Positions 26,855 to 36,429 of a stretch of DNA of 64,000 nucleotides are shown in pieces. The notes below the pieces were generated by a model that saw only the letters and a program-made list of their open reading frames with translations, did not search any database and was not told where the DNA came from. The DNA is from a virus. Taxonomy: Duplodnaviria; Heunggongvirae; Uroviricota; Caudoviricetes. The stretch covers positions 19,467-83,466 of the IMG/VR virus record IMGVR_UViG_3300010430_000005, one strand, 5' to 3'. Position 1 is the stretch's first letter, and every line of letters starts with the position of its first letter. The translations under genes and the position numbers were made by a program.

Positions 26855-29095
26855 ATGAAACACTTAGATGAATCTTTGGATGAAATATATCCAATACAAC
26901 GACAAGAATCCAAAATATCTCATATATTTGACCATTGGTCTTTTGATGTTGAGAATGGGCAAGAACACGCCGTTAGATTCGTTAAGGGCCAAAATGGACC
27001 AAAAACTTCTAGAATTGTCTTTGGGGTTAAAAGAGGCAAAAAGATTGTTTCGAAAATCGAAAGTGTGCCAAACATTAGGAAGTATTTAGCTACTGTTATG
27101 CGTGCGGTAGAGACAGCTTTAGAAAATCCGACAAAAAAGGTTAAGGGCAGGATAGATGGTTTTGAGGTCAACGTGCCGCAAAAAGCATTTGATATTCTTG
27201 GTGATAGGATGATACGCATCTTGAGTAAGAGGCTCAGGGCAAGATTTAATGTGGCGGATAAATACACCGAGATGAAAGAGGATGGTTTTTCTTGCATTTT
27301 TGTTTGGAAAAAATCCAAACAATTTTCGGCAGTATTTCAAGAGTTAGATAAATCGGACATTGATGTTATGACCGAATTAGGTGACGTTGCGGGCATCGCG
27401 TCTAAAAAACACACGGAACATATGACCGATACATCTTCGGATAGGAGTCCTCAAGATGCTATCTCTTCAGTATCTTCGACTGCTTCAGCAGATTCGGAAA
27501 TCGATTTCGAAACAAACACTAAACAAAAAAGCGAAACAGATGTTGTTATAGATAAGAAGTCTGTAGTTTATAGTATGGGCGGGAAAGATATACGTAAAAA
27601 ACTATCTCAACAGGAAATAGAAAACAAAGTCAAGCGTCTGGCGATTTTGTCTGGCATTACCTCTTTCTATCATAGCAAAGAAATTTTTACGGATGTGCCG
27701 GTGTACGGGCCCGACGACATATCGTCTCTTATAGCCTCGGGTGGCGAAATATATATGGATTTCCCTAAACTTATATATTCTTTGATGTATAAAATAAAAG
27801 GTGTCTACACTGATGATATAATGTGGGGAAGCGACTATGCGTATTTAAGTGATGCTATAAAAAAAGCTACAGGTAATTATATAGATGTTAAGAAAGATGT
27901 GCAAGACATAATCGAAAAGAAGTTGCCTTCAGATTATGTTGTGGAAATGGCTTTGAATGTAGACAATATAAACAAAACGTTTATTGACAGGTATGGTGTA
28001 TCTGCTACAGATATAGTTAATGCTATGAAAGAAATGGATCCTAAGGGGTATAAGCATAAAAATCTAGAATTGAATAGTTCATCTTTTGTTAGTGGCATAG
28101 AAGACACGAAACAGGCTATTTTAGACGCCCTAGCTTCATCTGATACGCTGGAGACATCTGAGATGTACAAATTTGAAGAATCGATTGACGGTAAGCGAAT
28201 GATTAGAGGCAAGAATTATACCTTCGAAGACGTTCCTGCTAATCATTATTTGCAATCTTTAATACGACAAGCAAAAGAATTACCGCCTGAAGAATACCTA
28301 GAGATACAAAAGGTATTGCCCGAACATCTAAAAGATTATGTTATTTCTGATGATCTCGAATATTTTGAGACAATGATGGTTTCCGGCTGGACTATTTCTG
28401 GCGGTAATGTTGTGCAGACATTGGCGCATAGATATGCTAGTGAGGTAGGAGTTAATGCAGAATTGGGCGAATTTTGGAACTCGTCGAGTGAGGATTTTTC
28501 AAAAGAAAACGTAAGCAAAGCATATGATATTATGGCCGATAAGATCGCTGGCAATTTCGAAAGTATCTACGGAAAAACACAATCTTTCTATAAGAATAAA
28601 ATGAATAAAAAGTACGAGACTGCCAAAATCAAGTTATATAGAGGAATCGGCCAGAAAGACGTAGGTACTTATACTCCTGGTTCTTTAGAGTCTTGGACAT
28701 CTGTAGTATCTACGGCTAAAAAATTCGCTAAAATGATGTCCGATGCTGATAATGAAGGTACAATACTTTATGCTGAAGTGCCTATACAGCACATATTTGG
28801 CTCTTACGAATCGTTTTATGAAACTTGGCCCAACGAACAAGATCTGAAAGGCAAAAAAGAGTTTATAGTTATGGGCGGCACTTTTGCTACGACTCCTTTA
28901 TACTTATATGATCCTAGCACAAAAGAGAAGGTGTCTACATTGAACTTTAAAGAATGGATTGAATTGAAAGAGTCTAAGGAAACAAAATCAATTAAAGTGG
29001 TAACACCTTCCGATGATGGTTTTGATCCTAATGATCCTAAAGCTGCTTTTGGTAACGATCCGAAAGAAGAAAAAATCGACAAGAGAGAAGAATAG
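26855..29095 (+). CDS. large (746 aa) protein with possible C-terminal ADP-ribosyltransferase (R-S-E, Alt-like) domain
   Basis: RBS acaggagacaccATG. The C-terminal region has LYRG (R), about 20 aa later ESWTSVVST (S-T-S), and about 45 aa later YETWPNEQDLKGKKEF (candidate Q/ExE ARTT loop). Late promoter upstream, as for T4 alt. Confidence 0.35.
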   Translation: MKHLDESLDEIYPIQRQESKISHIFDHWSFDVENGQEHAVRFVKGQNGPKTSRIVFGVKRGKKIVSKIESVPNIRKYLATVMRAVETALENPTKKVKGRIDGFEVNVPQKAFDILGDRMIRILSKRLRARFNVADKYTEMKEDGFSCIFVWKKSKQFSAVFQELDKSDIDVMTELGDVAGIASKKHTEHMTDTSSDRSPQDAISSVSSTASADSEIDFETNTKQKSETDVVIDKKSVVYSMGGKDIRKKLSQQEIENKVKRLAILSGITSFYHSKEIFTDVPVYGPDDISSLIASGGEIYMDFPKLIYSLMYKIKGVYTDDIMWGSDYAYLSDAIKKATGNYIDVKKDVQDIIEKKLPSDYVVEMALNVDNINKTFIDRYGVSATDIVNAMKEMDPKGYKHKNLELNSSSFVSGIEDTKQAILDALASSDTLETSEMYKFEESIDGKRMIRGKNYTFEDVPANHYLQSLIRQAKELPPEEYLEIQKVLPEHLKDYVISDDLEYFETMMVSGWTISGGNVVQTLAHRYASEVGVNAELGEFWNSSSEDFSKENVSKAYDIMADKIAGNFESIYGKTQSFYKNKMNKKYETAKIKLYRGIGQKDVGTYTPGSLESWTSVVSTAKKFAKMMSDADNEGTILYAEVPIQHIFGSYESFYETWPNEQDLKGKKEFIVMGGTFATTPLYLYDPSTKEKVSTLNFKEWIELKESKETKSIKVVTPSDDGFDPNDPKAAFGNDPKEEKIDKREE

Positions 29096-29103
29096 GTTGA
29101 CTT

Positions 29104-29150
29104 AGCCTCTTATTTGTGTTAGATACATACAACATGAATAAGAGGCTTTT
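29104..29150 (+). terminator. long hairpin followed by TTTTAT (terminator-like) with embedded promoter-like boxes
   Basis: AGCCTCTTATT ... AATAAGAGGCT (11-bp stem, with inner TGTT/AACA pairing) then TTTTAT. TTGACT (29097) -17- TAGATA overlaps the 5' arm. Confidence 0.35.
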
Positions 29151-29152
29151 AT

Positions 29153-29776
29153 ATGATTGTCATGCAGGGTAAATTGCCGCGTAAAGTTAGTGTAGCATGT
29201 AGCGGGGGTGTCGATAGTATGGCCGTCGTCGACTTCCTAAAACGAAATCATAATGTGACTTTGTTGTTTTTTCATCACGGCACAGAAACCAGCGAAAAAG
29301 CATACCAATTCCTTAAATCGTATTCTTCAGCTAACGGCGTAGAATTAATATCAGAACGCATTAAAGATACTTCTGTTCCTAAAGATCAGAGTCAAGAGGA
29401 ATATTGGCGTAATTGTCGATATAAGTTTTTCCTTAACCGCGACGAGCCCGTTGTAACATGCCACCACCTTGACGATTGTGTCGAGACTTGGGTTTGGAGC
29501 TCTTTGAATGGAAACGGCAAGATCATTCCTTACAATAACCGTAACGTTATTAGGCCCTTTAGGGTCAATAAAAAGTCTGAATTTGTTTCTTGGGCCAAAC
29601 GAAATGATGTGCCGTGGGTAGAGGACGAGAGCAACAAAGATACAAAATATACTCGAAATTTTATTAGACACGAAATGATGCCAAAAGTTTTGACTGTTAA
29701 TCCCGGCATCCACAAAACTATTGCTAGAAAGGTGAGAAAAGATTATGGGAAATTATGTAGTAAAACCTCCTGTTGA
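29153..29776 (+). CDS. PP-loop (SGGxDS) ATP-pyrophosphatase family protein (TilS/QueC-like N-type ATPase)
   Basis: VACSGGVDSMAVVDFL PP-loop motif near the N-terminus. About 207 aa. Confidence 0.55.
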   Translation: MIVMQGKLPRKVSVACSGGVDSMAVVDFLKRNHNVTLLFFHHGTETSEKAYQFLKSYSSANGVELISERIKDTSVPKDQSQEEYWRNCRYKFFLNRDEPVVTCHHLDDCVETWVWSSLNGNGKIIPYNNRNVIRPFRVNKKSEFVSWAKRNDVPWVEDESNKDTKYTRNFIRHEMMPKVLTVNPGIHKTIARKVRKDYGKLCSKTSC

Positions 29777-30233
29777 GATTAAACAAGACGATAGGCTATC
29801 TATATTTTTGGGTGGCAGTATTGAGATGGGCAAAGCCGAAGACTGGCAGTCTCGTCTAGCTAATGACCTGTCAGAATACTCGGATAAAATCATGCTCATC
29901 AATCCACGCAGAGATGACTGGGATTCCTCGTGGGTGCAAGATCCCACCAAAGGCACTAAATTCCACGAGCAAGTAGATTGGGAATTGAAAGGTCAGTTGC
30001 GCCATTCTGATATATGTGTATATTACTTCTCTCCAGAGACGAAATCGCCTATCACTCTAATGGAATTGGGTATGATGGGCACAATCGACCCATATAACGT
30101 CATTGTTTGTTGCCCTAAAGAATTTTATCGTTATGGTAATGTTGTTATGTTCTGTAAAGAAATTGGTGTAGAATATTGCGAATCTTACGAAGATTTTCTT
30201 GAAGCAATAAAGACTATGATAATTACTCCTTGA
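29745..30233 (+). CDS. nucleoside 2-deoxyribosyltransferase-like protein
   Basis: Composition and size resemble the NDT/Rcl fold: LINPRRDDWDSSW ... SDICVYYFSPETKSPITLMELGMM. Weak evidence. Confidence 0.35.
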   Translation: MGNYVVKPPVEIKQDDRLSIFLGGSIEMGKAEDWQSRLANDLSEYSDKIMLINPRRDDWDSSWVQDPTKGTKFHEQVDWELKGQLRHSDICVYYFSPETKSPITLMELGMMGTIDPYNVIVCCPKEFYRYGNVVMFCKEIGVEYCESYEDFLEAIKTMIITP

Positions 30234-30249
30234 TTTGCGAGATATTAAA

Positions 30250-30414
30250 ATGACAGAAATGCCTAGTGACGAAGATATAGAAAAGTTTGTTAAGCAATAC
30301 GAAGGTAAAGGTGTTCCAAACCCGACGAACTACCCAAAATCATTCATGTTTTATTGGAAATTGTTCGAAAGATCAAATAAAGGCGTTGATGTTGTCGTCA
30401 GAGACAACCCATGA
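30250..30414 (+). CDS. small hypothetical protein (54 aa)
   Basis: ATG ORF with a weak RBS. The alternative overlapping track ORF is 30287..30505. Confidence 0.2.
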   Translation: MTEMPSDEDIEKFVKQYEGKGVPNPTNYPKSFMFYWKLFERSNKGVDVVVRDNP

Positions 30415-30429
30415 TGAAAGGTACATATT

Positions 30430-30657
30430 ATGTCTAAAAATAGGTTTTACGTCTGTGTGGGTGATGTTATCGAGGATTTTGACGGTAATGTCTATGATAT
30501 TCTAGATGAGCGCAAAAGCATCAATCAAAACAGCCACACTGTCGCGACTAATATGGACTATTTGTGTCGAGATAAAGGCCGCGGCAAAGAACGTTGGGTT
30601 CGCGATTCGACTATGATTATCATGCACAATGAAGGCAAACTTGAGAAATTGTGTTGA
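30430..30657 (+). CDS. hypothetical protein
   Basis: 75-aa ORF with RBS gaaaggtacatattATG. Confidence 0.35.
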   Translation: MSKNRFYVCVGDVIEDFDGNVYDILDERKSINQNSHTVATNMDYLCRDKGRGKERWVRDSTMIIMHNEGKLEKLC

Positions 30658-30682
30658 CACGGGTCATGTGATGTGTTAGCTA
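30654..30682 (+). promoter_or_regulatory. possible sigma70-like promoter (TTGACA-17-TAGCTA) in GTGTTGACAC element
   Basis: -35 is perfect but -10 is weak. Located upstream of the 30704 gene. Confidence 0.3.
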
Positions 30683-30703
30683 TAAGTTAACAAGGAGAGT
30701 AAC

Positions 30704-30958
30704 ATGACACACACAAAGATCACTGCAGATAACATTTTTAATTTTTCTCTCGGTACAAAAGTTGTGATGAATTGGGGAGCATATCACCCCATCGAAGAAG
30801 GTATGGTTGTGGATTATAAAGTAACCCCAGCCTCGAAGCATTTTCCGGCCATGTATGAATTGGTTATTGAAGACAGCGAAGGCGAAGAACATACTACTTC
30901 GATGCTAGTTACAAAAGGTATCGGTGTGTATCTCGAAGAAGAGTATTACAAGGTCTGA
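30704..30958 (+). CDS. hypothetical protein
   Basis: RBS caaggagagtaacATG. Confidence 0.45.
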   Translation: MTHTKITADNIFNFSLGTKVVMNWGAYHPIEEGMVVDYKVTPASKHFPAMYELVIEDSEGEEHTTSMLVTKGIGVYLEEEYYKV

Positions 30959-30994
30959 GGTAGATCTATTGGTGCGCAAATAAAGGAGTTTAGA

Positions 30995-31507
30995 ATGAAG
31001 ATGATTACACTATCAGAAGCCATGGAGGCTGCAAATTATCATGTTTGTGGTGGAGAAACTTACGGTTGGTCGTGTTTCGGACCGAACGCCAGGTATCTGG
31101 ATTTTTACTCTGAGCCTGATAGGTATATGAGTGTAGTTTACGATACGGAGACGCAAGAAGTTTATTGTGCCCAAGTATCAGATGACACCAACAACTATAT
31201 GTTAATCAACGAAGACTACAGGAAAGAATATGAGAAAGAGGCATCGTCGAAAGCACTGCGACCTTATATCGCATATGATGATGTAGAATATACTATTCTG
31301 TCTTGTGGCGAAGATTACCTAGAAAAAGCATCTGCTATTTCGAATGGTGAACCTTACGATACGCGAGTGGCGATTCCGATGTCGTTGAATAAACAAGAAG
31401 CTCTAAATGCGATGACTATCGCTCATCGAATGGATATTACTTTTAATGAGTATGTCGCCATTGCTATCGAAAATGCGATCGAGCAGGACTGGTCCGATCA
31501 AGAATAA
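30995..31507 (+). CDS. hypothetical protein
   Basis: RBS aaaggagtttagaATG. 170 aa. Confidence 0.45.
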   Translation: MKMITLSEAMEAANYHVCGGETYGWSCFGPNARYLDFYSEPDRYMSVVYDTETQEVYCAQVSDDTNNYMLINEDYRKEYEKEASSKALRPYIAYDDVEYTILSCGEDYLEKASAISNGEPYDTRVAIPMSLNKQEALNAMTIAHRMDITFNEYVAIAIENAIEQDWSDQE

Positions 31508-31552
31508 TGGTTGCTACCGCAACCGTGTAATGAATTATGAAAGGATAAAAAT

Positions 31553-32464
31553 ATGAAAAGTGTGGCTAAAATCTTTGGTGGACTACTGCTCGCTTCGACT
31601 CTATCGGGTTGTATTGGTGAGAAAGTAGAAATTCCGCCTGCAAGTGTTGGCATGGTACTGGGAGCAAATGGTTATCAGGGCGATATCATTCCTCCGAGCC
31701 GATTCCGTCTCCCAGCATGTTTTACTCAGTGTGATAAACTAGTTGTGATTGAAGCTGGCGATATTGGCATGAAAGAGGACATGAAAGTGTTGATGCCAAA
31801 AGATAACCTTGACCTCGGTGTAGATGTGCGATTCACTCTGGCGATGTCTCAAGATAAAGCCCAAATTCTATCAGTTTTTGATCGGGTAGTGCCTGTTCGT
31901 CTGGAAAGCGGGAACTATGGCGCAACCCTACAAATGATCTATACCACATATGGTCAAGCTGTTGTTCGTAATGTTGTTCGCTCAACATTGTCAGAATACT
32001 CCATTGCAGAAATTGCCAATAACCAGAATGCCGTTTCGGAGCGACTTCGCCAGGAAGTGTCGAAGGCACTTGAAAAGACCCCGCTTGAAATCAAACAGTT
32101 TGGCCTTGCCAATATCGTTTACCCCAGCGTAGTGACAGAAGCTCGCGAAGCCACTATGTCGAAGAAAATTGAGGTCGAACGTGCAGAAGCCGAAGCTCAG
32201 GTCGATATTCGTAAAGCACAGGCTCGCCTAGAAGTGACCCGCGCAGAACGTGAGGCTGACCTGCTAGCGGCACAAACTATTGCAGAACAGAATCGTATCT
32301 TGGCTGATGGCGTAACCCCCGAAGTACTTCGTTACATGGAACTGGAAGTGCTGAAGAAAATGGCAGAGAACCAAAACACCATTTTCTTCCCTGTAGATAT
32401 GATGGGGAGCGAAGCCGGACGAACTGCTCTTACTAACCGTGTTCTTAAAGAAGGTGCTAAATAA
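31553..32464 (+). CDS. SPFH/band-7 (stomatin/prohibitin-like) lipoprotein
   Basis: Lipobox LSGC in LLLASTLSGCIG. SPFH-like core with an Ala/Glu/Arg-rich coiled coil (ERAEAEAQVDIRKAQARLEVTRAEREADLLAAQ). Confidence 0.6.
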   Translation: MKSVAKIFGGLLLASTLSGCIGEKVEIPPASVGMVLGANGYQGDIIPPSRFRLPACFTQCDKLVVIEAGDIGMKEDMKVLMPKDNLDLGVDVRFTLAMSQDKAQILSVFDRVVPVRLESGNYGATLQMIYTTYGQAVVRNVVRSTLSEYSIAEIANNQNAVSERLRQEVSKALEKTPLEIKQFGLANIVYPSVVTEAREATMSKKIEVERAEAEAQVDIRKAQARLEVTRAEREADLLAAQTIAEQNRILADGVTPEVLRYMELEVLKKMAENQNTIFFPVDMMGSEAGRTALTNRVLKEGAK

Positions 32465-32805
32465 TGGGCGTTGATTTTATGACGGGGGCGACTTTGTTCG
32501 CCCTGGTTAACCTAGTCGGAATTGCTTTTGTGGTTTTGGTTGGTTATCGAATTTGGACTAAAGTTTCGGCTTTCGTTAAAAGTGGTGAAGACAAAACACT
32601 CAATATCAAATGGGAACTGATTGTTTTTGCTTTGATTATATTCTTCGGTATTTTTGCCGGATCTGTTATGCGGCCAAAAGTAACTATTGATGTTCCTATT
32701 AATCGAGAACTAAAACAATACCAAAACAACAACCAGGAGATTGTTATTGAAACGCCTGCTCCTCGGACAGAAAAGTTAGATGGTTTCAAACCTCTAGGTG
32801 AATAA
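32464..32805 (+). CDS. small membrane protein downstream of SPFH gene
   Basis: Two TM helices. ATGA overlap with the SPFH stop. Confidence 0.45.
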   Translation: MGVDFMTGATLFALVNLVGIAFVVLVGYRIWTKVSAFVKSGEDKTLNIKWELIVFALIIFFGIFAGSVMRPKVTIDVPINRELKQYQNNNQEIVIETPAPRTEKLDGFKPLGE

Positions 32806-32854
32806 CGTTTAATGTCGCTAAATACAAGAGGAGGCAAAGCAGTCTCCTCTTTAT

Positions 32855-33484
32855 TTGGGAGCTACTATGGATGATTCTGATGCGTGGGCTTTGTATCCTC
32901 ATCATAGGTTATGGTTCGATAAATTATGGTTATCTGAAAAATTAGGGCACTTATGTGGCCCTTGTGGGGTGGCTCCTAAGGTATCTCAGAAATATATTGT
33001 TCGGCCGATATACAACCTTTCCGGAATGGGTGTCGGGTCTAGATATAGATATATTCGAGCAAACGATTGTACTCAAGTACCTCCCGGATATTTTTGGCAG
33101 GAGTTCTTTAGTGGTGATCACTACAGCATAACGTATCGTCAAGAAAAAGGTCGGTGGGAACAAGAATCGTGTTTTCGAGGGTTCAATAGCTCTACAGACT
33201 TAACGAAGTTTAGTCGATGGCGACGAAGTAACCTAACCATCAAATTACCGCCTATTATGGATGCTTTGTTAGATGTTGATATAATCAACGTTGAGTTCAA
33301 AGGAGATAAAATTATCGAGGTCCATCTAAGGGGCACTCCCGACCCAGATTACGACGAGATTATTCCGGTTTGGGGAGACACCGATGTCGACCATTATACC
33401 CAAGAAGGATATCAGTATATCGACTCATACGATGACGCAGACGGGTTTCTACTAAAGCCTCGAATGGGTTTCATGGTAAAGTAA
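32855..33484 (+). CDS. hypothetical protein, possibly ATP-grasp-like
   Basis: IINVEFKGDKIIEVHLRGTPD resembles the ATP-grasp C-terminal signature. Weak evidence. Confidence 0.35.
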   Translation: MGATMDDSDAWALYPHHRLWFDKLWLSEKLGHLCGPCGVAPKVSQKYIVRPIYNLSGMGVGSRYRYIRANDCTQVPPGYFWQEFFSGDHYSITYRQEKGRWEQESCFRGFNSSTDLTKFSRWRRSNLTIKLPPIMDALLDVDIINVEFKGDKIIEVHLRGTPDPDYDEIIPVWGDTDVDHYTQEGYQYIDSYDDADGFLLKPRMGFMVK

Positions 33485-33488
33485 TACG

Positions 33489-33517
33489 TTGACATCACCG
33501 ACGTGATATACTATATT
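33489..33517 (+). promoter_or_regulatory. sigma70-like early promoter TTGACA-17-TATATT
   Basis: Perfect -35 at 33489-33494 and -10 TATATT at 33512-33517. Confidence 0.5.
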
Positions 33518-33545
33518 GTGTTTAGAATAACTAAGATATCATGGG

Positions 33546-33749
33546 ATGTTTACAATGATGAAAATTGAGGTTAAAGAGATTGATGGAGTTTGGTATGCTA
33601 TGACCATTTATTGGAAGATTGCATGTGCTAATCGGGAAAATGCCAATCGCTGTGCGGATATTATTGAGCATTTCTACAATATGGGTCGAAAAGACCTACA
33701 AAAAGAATTGCGAGATCTAATCATACCAACAGAAGGGCATGGGCTTTGA
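33546..33749 (+). CDS. hypothetical protein
   Basis: 67-aa ORF downstream of the promoter. Confidence 0.35.
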   Translation: MFTMMKIEVKEIDGVWYAMTIYWKIACANRENANRCADIIEHFYNMGRKDLQKELRDLIIPTEGHGL

Positions 33750-34072
33750 TTAATAAAGATAATATGCGTCAAGCCGTTAAGGACTACAAAAACGATTTTC
33801 GGTCTGCATTGTGGGATTATGGAGGCATGATCGAAGATGCGCTGGAACACATCGAGCAGCTAGAGAGGGCTCTTGATATCTATAAACGAGAGCGGGATCG
33901 TTACGCTCACGCTACTCCCGAAATGACCGGCCAATATTTTCTGGCAGGTGGGTTAGGCGAAGAGGATAAAAACCTATTGCCGGAGTATGTTGAGATTTGT
34001 CCGGCGTACGGCTGTGCTTGGACGCAACTTTATAAAAGAACCGAAAAAACAATCAATATGGAAGGATCGTGA
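33746..34072 (+). CDS. hypothetical protein
   Basis: 108-aa ORF with ATGA overlap. Confidence 0.4.
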   Translation: MINKDNMRQAVKDYKNDFRSALWDYGGMIEDALEHIEQLERALDIYKRERDRYAHATPEMTGQYFLAGGLGEEDKNLLPEYVEICPAYGCAWTQLYKRTEKTINMEGS

Positions 34073-34332
34073 TGCACACTCTAATTGAAAATAATACACT
34101 GTATATCTTCTCTAGCGAAGAATTGATGGTAAAAGCCGCTTCGATGTCTGGCCAAATGAGAAAAATGTATGCTGCGACATTCGTAATGAATTTAAAATAT
34201 TACAATGATAGACGTTGGTGCAATTTTATTAAAGATAGGTCGGGCTTTTTTAATAAAAATGTGTCGATGGACTTGGAGTTGGTATTGTCTTTAATCAAAA
34301 CATACGAAAATTACCATAATAATAAAGGATAA
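34069..34332 (+). CDS. hypothetical protein
   Basis: 87-aa ORF with ATGA overlap. Confidence 0.4.
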   Translation: MMHTLIENNTLYIFSSEELMVKAASMSGQMRKMYAATFVMNLKYYNDRRWCNFIKDRSGFFNKNVSMDLELVLSLIKTYENYHNNKG

Positions 34333-34336
34333 CATT

Positions 34337-34810
34337 ATGACTAAACTTTTCAATGACTGCGAATTCAACGAGTTTGGTGGCGATCTTATTTCGATGGCTC
34401 TTGTTGCAGAAAATGGGCAAGAGTTTTATGAGGTGCTGAATCTAGAGAATAATTACAATTATGGCCCTTGGGTGTCGAAAAACGTCGTCCCGATTTTGAA
34501 CAAAGACCCCATCATTAAAGATTTGTTCACTAATAGACTTTGGCACTTCCTGAATCAATGGAAAGAAGTCCATATTATCGCCGATTGGCCTGACGACATT
34601 AAATATTTCTGCATGTCTCTTGTTACAGGCCCAGGAAGAGCAATCAACACACCTCCGAAAATGACTATGCAAATAGATAGGGAGTTATCGGCAGAAACAA
34701 GTGCTATTCCGCATAACGCTCTTGAGGATGCTAGGGCAATTAAACGAAGCTGGGAGCGCCGTGAGAAAGAGATGATCGGTTACGGGATAAAAGGTGTTGA
34801 CTTTGTGTAG
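34337..34810 (+). CDS. DEDD-family (DnaQ-like) 3'-5' exonuclease
   Basis: The N-terminal acidic motif region (DCEFNEFGGDLISMA) and C-terminal PHNALEDARA (Exo III H-x4-D) fit the DEDDh fold. Confidence 0.5.
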   Translation: MTKLFNDCEFNEFGGDLISMALVAENGQEFYEVLNLENNYNYGPWVSKNVVPILNKDPIIKDLFTNRLWHFLNQWKEVHIIADWPDDIKYFCMSLVTGPGRAINTPPKMTMQIDRELSAETSAIPHNALEDARAIKRSWERREKEMIGYGIKGVDFV

Positions 34811-34914
34811 GTTGCATTTATAATAAAGACTATACAAAGGATAGGAAACATGGTAAAACATTGGATGAATTACGACGACTTCTAAGGCAACAACAACCTT
34901 AGAAGGAGAAGAAA

Positions 34915-35415
34915 ATGGCGAGAACTTATCGCAAATCAAAAATTAAAGAAACCAAAGAAGAATACATCAACCGTCGTATCGCACGTCTTAAAAATCACTA
35001 TACTGTCGAATATTATATGACAGAACACGACAGACTGAACTATGAGCGCGCAATGGAAGAATATAAAATTGCGTATAAGGTTTGGTTGAATTCTGAGCGT
35101 TGTTTTGATCCATGCTTTTGGAAGCGCCCAAAAGAACCAACAATGTGGGAATTTAAACGCCGCCGTTACACAAAAGTGGAATACGACTATGATTATGAAG
35201 TCGAAAGGCTCGGCAAAGAATATGATGATTTTAAACGTGACGGGAGACTTTGCGAAACCGGAAGAAACATGTCTTTCAAAAAGCATTGTGCTAAAGACCT
35301 AAGACACAAAAACAAAGAAGTCATCAACAAAATCCTAAAAGATGACGAAAGTTGGGAAGACAAACCATTTCCCGATACTTACCTTGGTAAACAATATGTC
35401 TGGGATTATTGGTGA
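34915..35415 (+). CDS. basic hypothetical protein
   Basis: RBS aaggagaagaaaATG. Lys/Arg/Tyr-rich. Confidence 0.4.
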   Translation: MARTYRKSKIKETKEEYINRRIARLKNHYTVEYYMTEHDRLNYERAMEEYKIAYKVWLNSERCFDPCFWKRPKEPTMWEFKRRRYTKVEYDYDYEVERLGKEYDDFKRDGRLCETGRNMSFKKHCAKDLRHKNKEVINKILKDDESWEDKPFPDTYLGKQYVWDYW

Positions 35416-35506
35416 TTATTATGAAAGGCGTCCTAAATGGTTACTACCTATAGTTCCAGAAATCGCGGTCAAAGTATTCATTTTTGTATGAAATGCGCGA
35501 AACAAA

Positions 35507-35959
35507 TTGGCGAATTGGCAAAGGATGGAAATGATGAAGTTTGAGAAACAAGAAATTGTAGAATATGATGTTGATAAAATTCATTGCATGATGGGTGTCC
35601 GGTATTGGGAAGATGCTCGTGTGAACGGCGAAGAAGATACTGATGGCGACAAAATCCCACTTCGTAAAGGAGATACTTGGGATATCACTATTGATCTTGA
35701 AAGCGGAACAATTGAAAATTGGACAAAAGGTGTTGTCGCGTCTGTTCACTACAAAGTTTGTGATGCTGGTGTATATCGACTCATTTCAACTGATGGTAAT
35801 GTTGTGGTAGAGCGAGATGGTTATGTACCAAGTTTTCTTTGCCCTAATAAAAACGGGTATGGCGATTACGTAATCATGGACATTGACGAAAATGGAAATA
35901 TTGGTGAGTGGTATATTTCATCTGGTGATTTGGATGATTATTTTCAAAATGAGTATTGA
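35507..35959 (+). CDS. hypothetical protein
   Basis: 150-aa ORF. Confidence 0.4.
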   Translation: MANWQRMEMMKFEKQEIVEYDVDKIHCMMGVRYWEDARVNGEEDTDGDKIPLRKGDTWDITIDLESGTIENWTKGVVASVHYKVCDAGVYRLISTDGNVVVERDGYVPSFLCPNKNGYGDYVIMDIDENGNIGEWYISSGDLDDYFQNEY

Positions 35960-36429
35960 AGGATTCGTTTGGATATGTTATAAAGAGCACATTAAAAGGA
36001 GATTTAGACATGACTCGTGACGAATTCCAAAAAATAGTAGATGAAATAACTGGTGGGAAATATTACTCGCCAGAACGTAAGCGAAAAAACACAGGTATAC
36101 AAGGTCGTAAAGGTTATTACGGACCTACTATTGAACTAAAAGTAGAATGGATGACTGGTGGTGCTTGGGGTGGAAACTGTTGGGATGATTCGGACCCAAG
36201 TAGTTATTGCCCAGAACCTGACAAAGAACCAGAGTTAGAACACATAGATCAAATTTTGGAAAAGGTTGCCCCTACGATTGGGTTTATTCAATACAAGACT
36301 TTGATGCAAAAAGTTGAGTATGATACCAGAACTGAACTTGAATACTATGGAAACCATACCAGTTACGGTATCAAGAAAATTCTAATAGAAGATATTTGGG
36401 AATTTTTGCAGGAAAAGGGTTATGTATAG
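35956..36429 (+). CDS. hypothetical protein
   Basis: 157-aa ORF with ATGA overlap. Confidence 0.4.
   Translation: MKDSFGYVIKSTLKGDLDMTRDEFQKIVDEITGGKYYSPERKRKNTGIQGRKGYYGPTIELKVEWMTGGAWGGNCWDDSDPSSYCPEPDKEPELEHIDQILEKVAPTIGFIQYKTLMQKVEYDTRTELEYYGNHTSYGIKKILIEDIWEFLQEKGYV

Noticed and set aside
30287-30505. 72-aa track ORF overlapping the 30250 and 30430 ORFs
   Set aside because: No RBS. It overlaps two better-supported small ORFs and is likely spurious.
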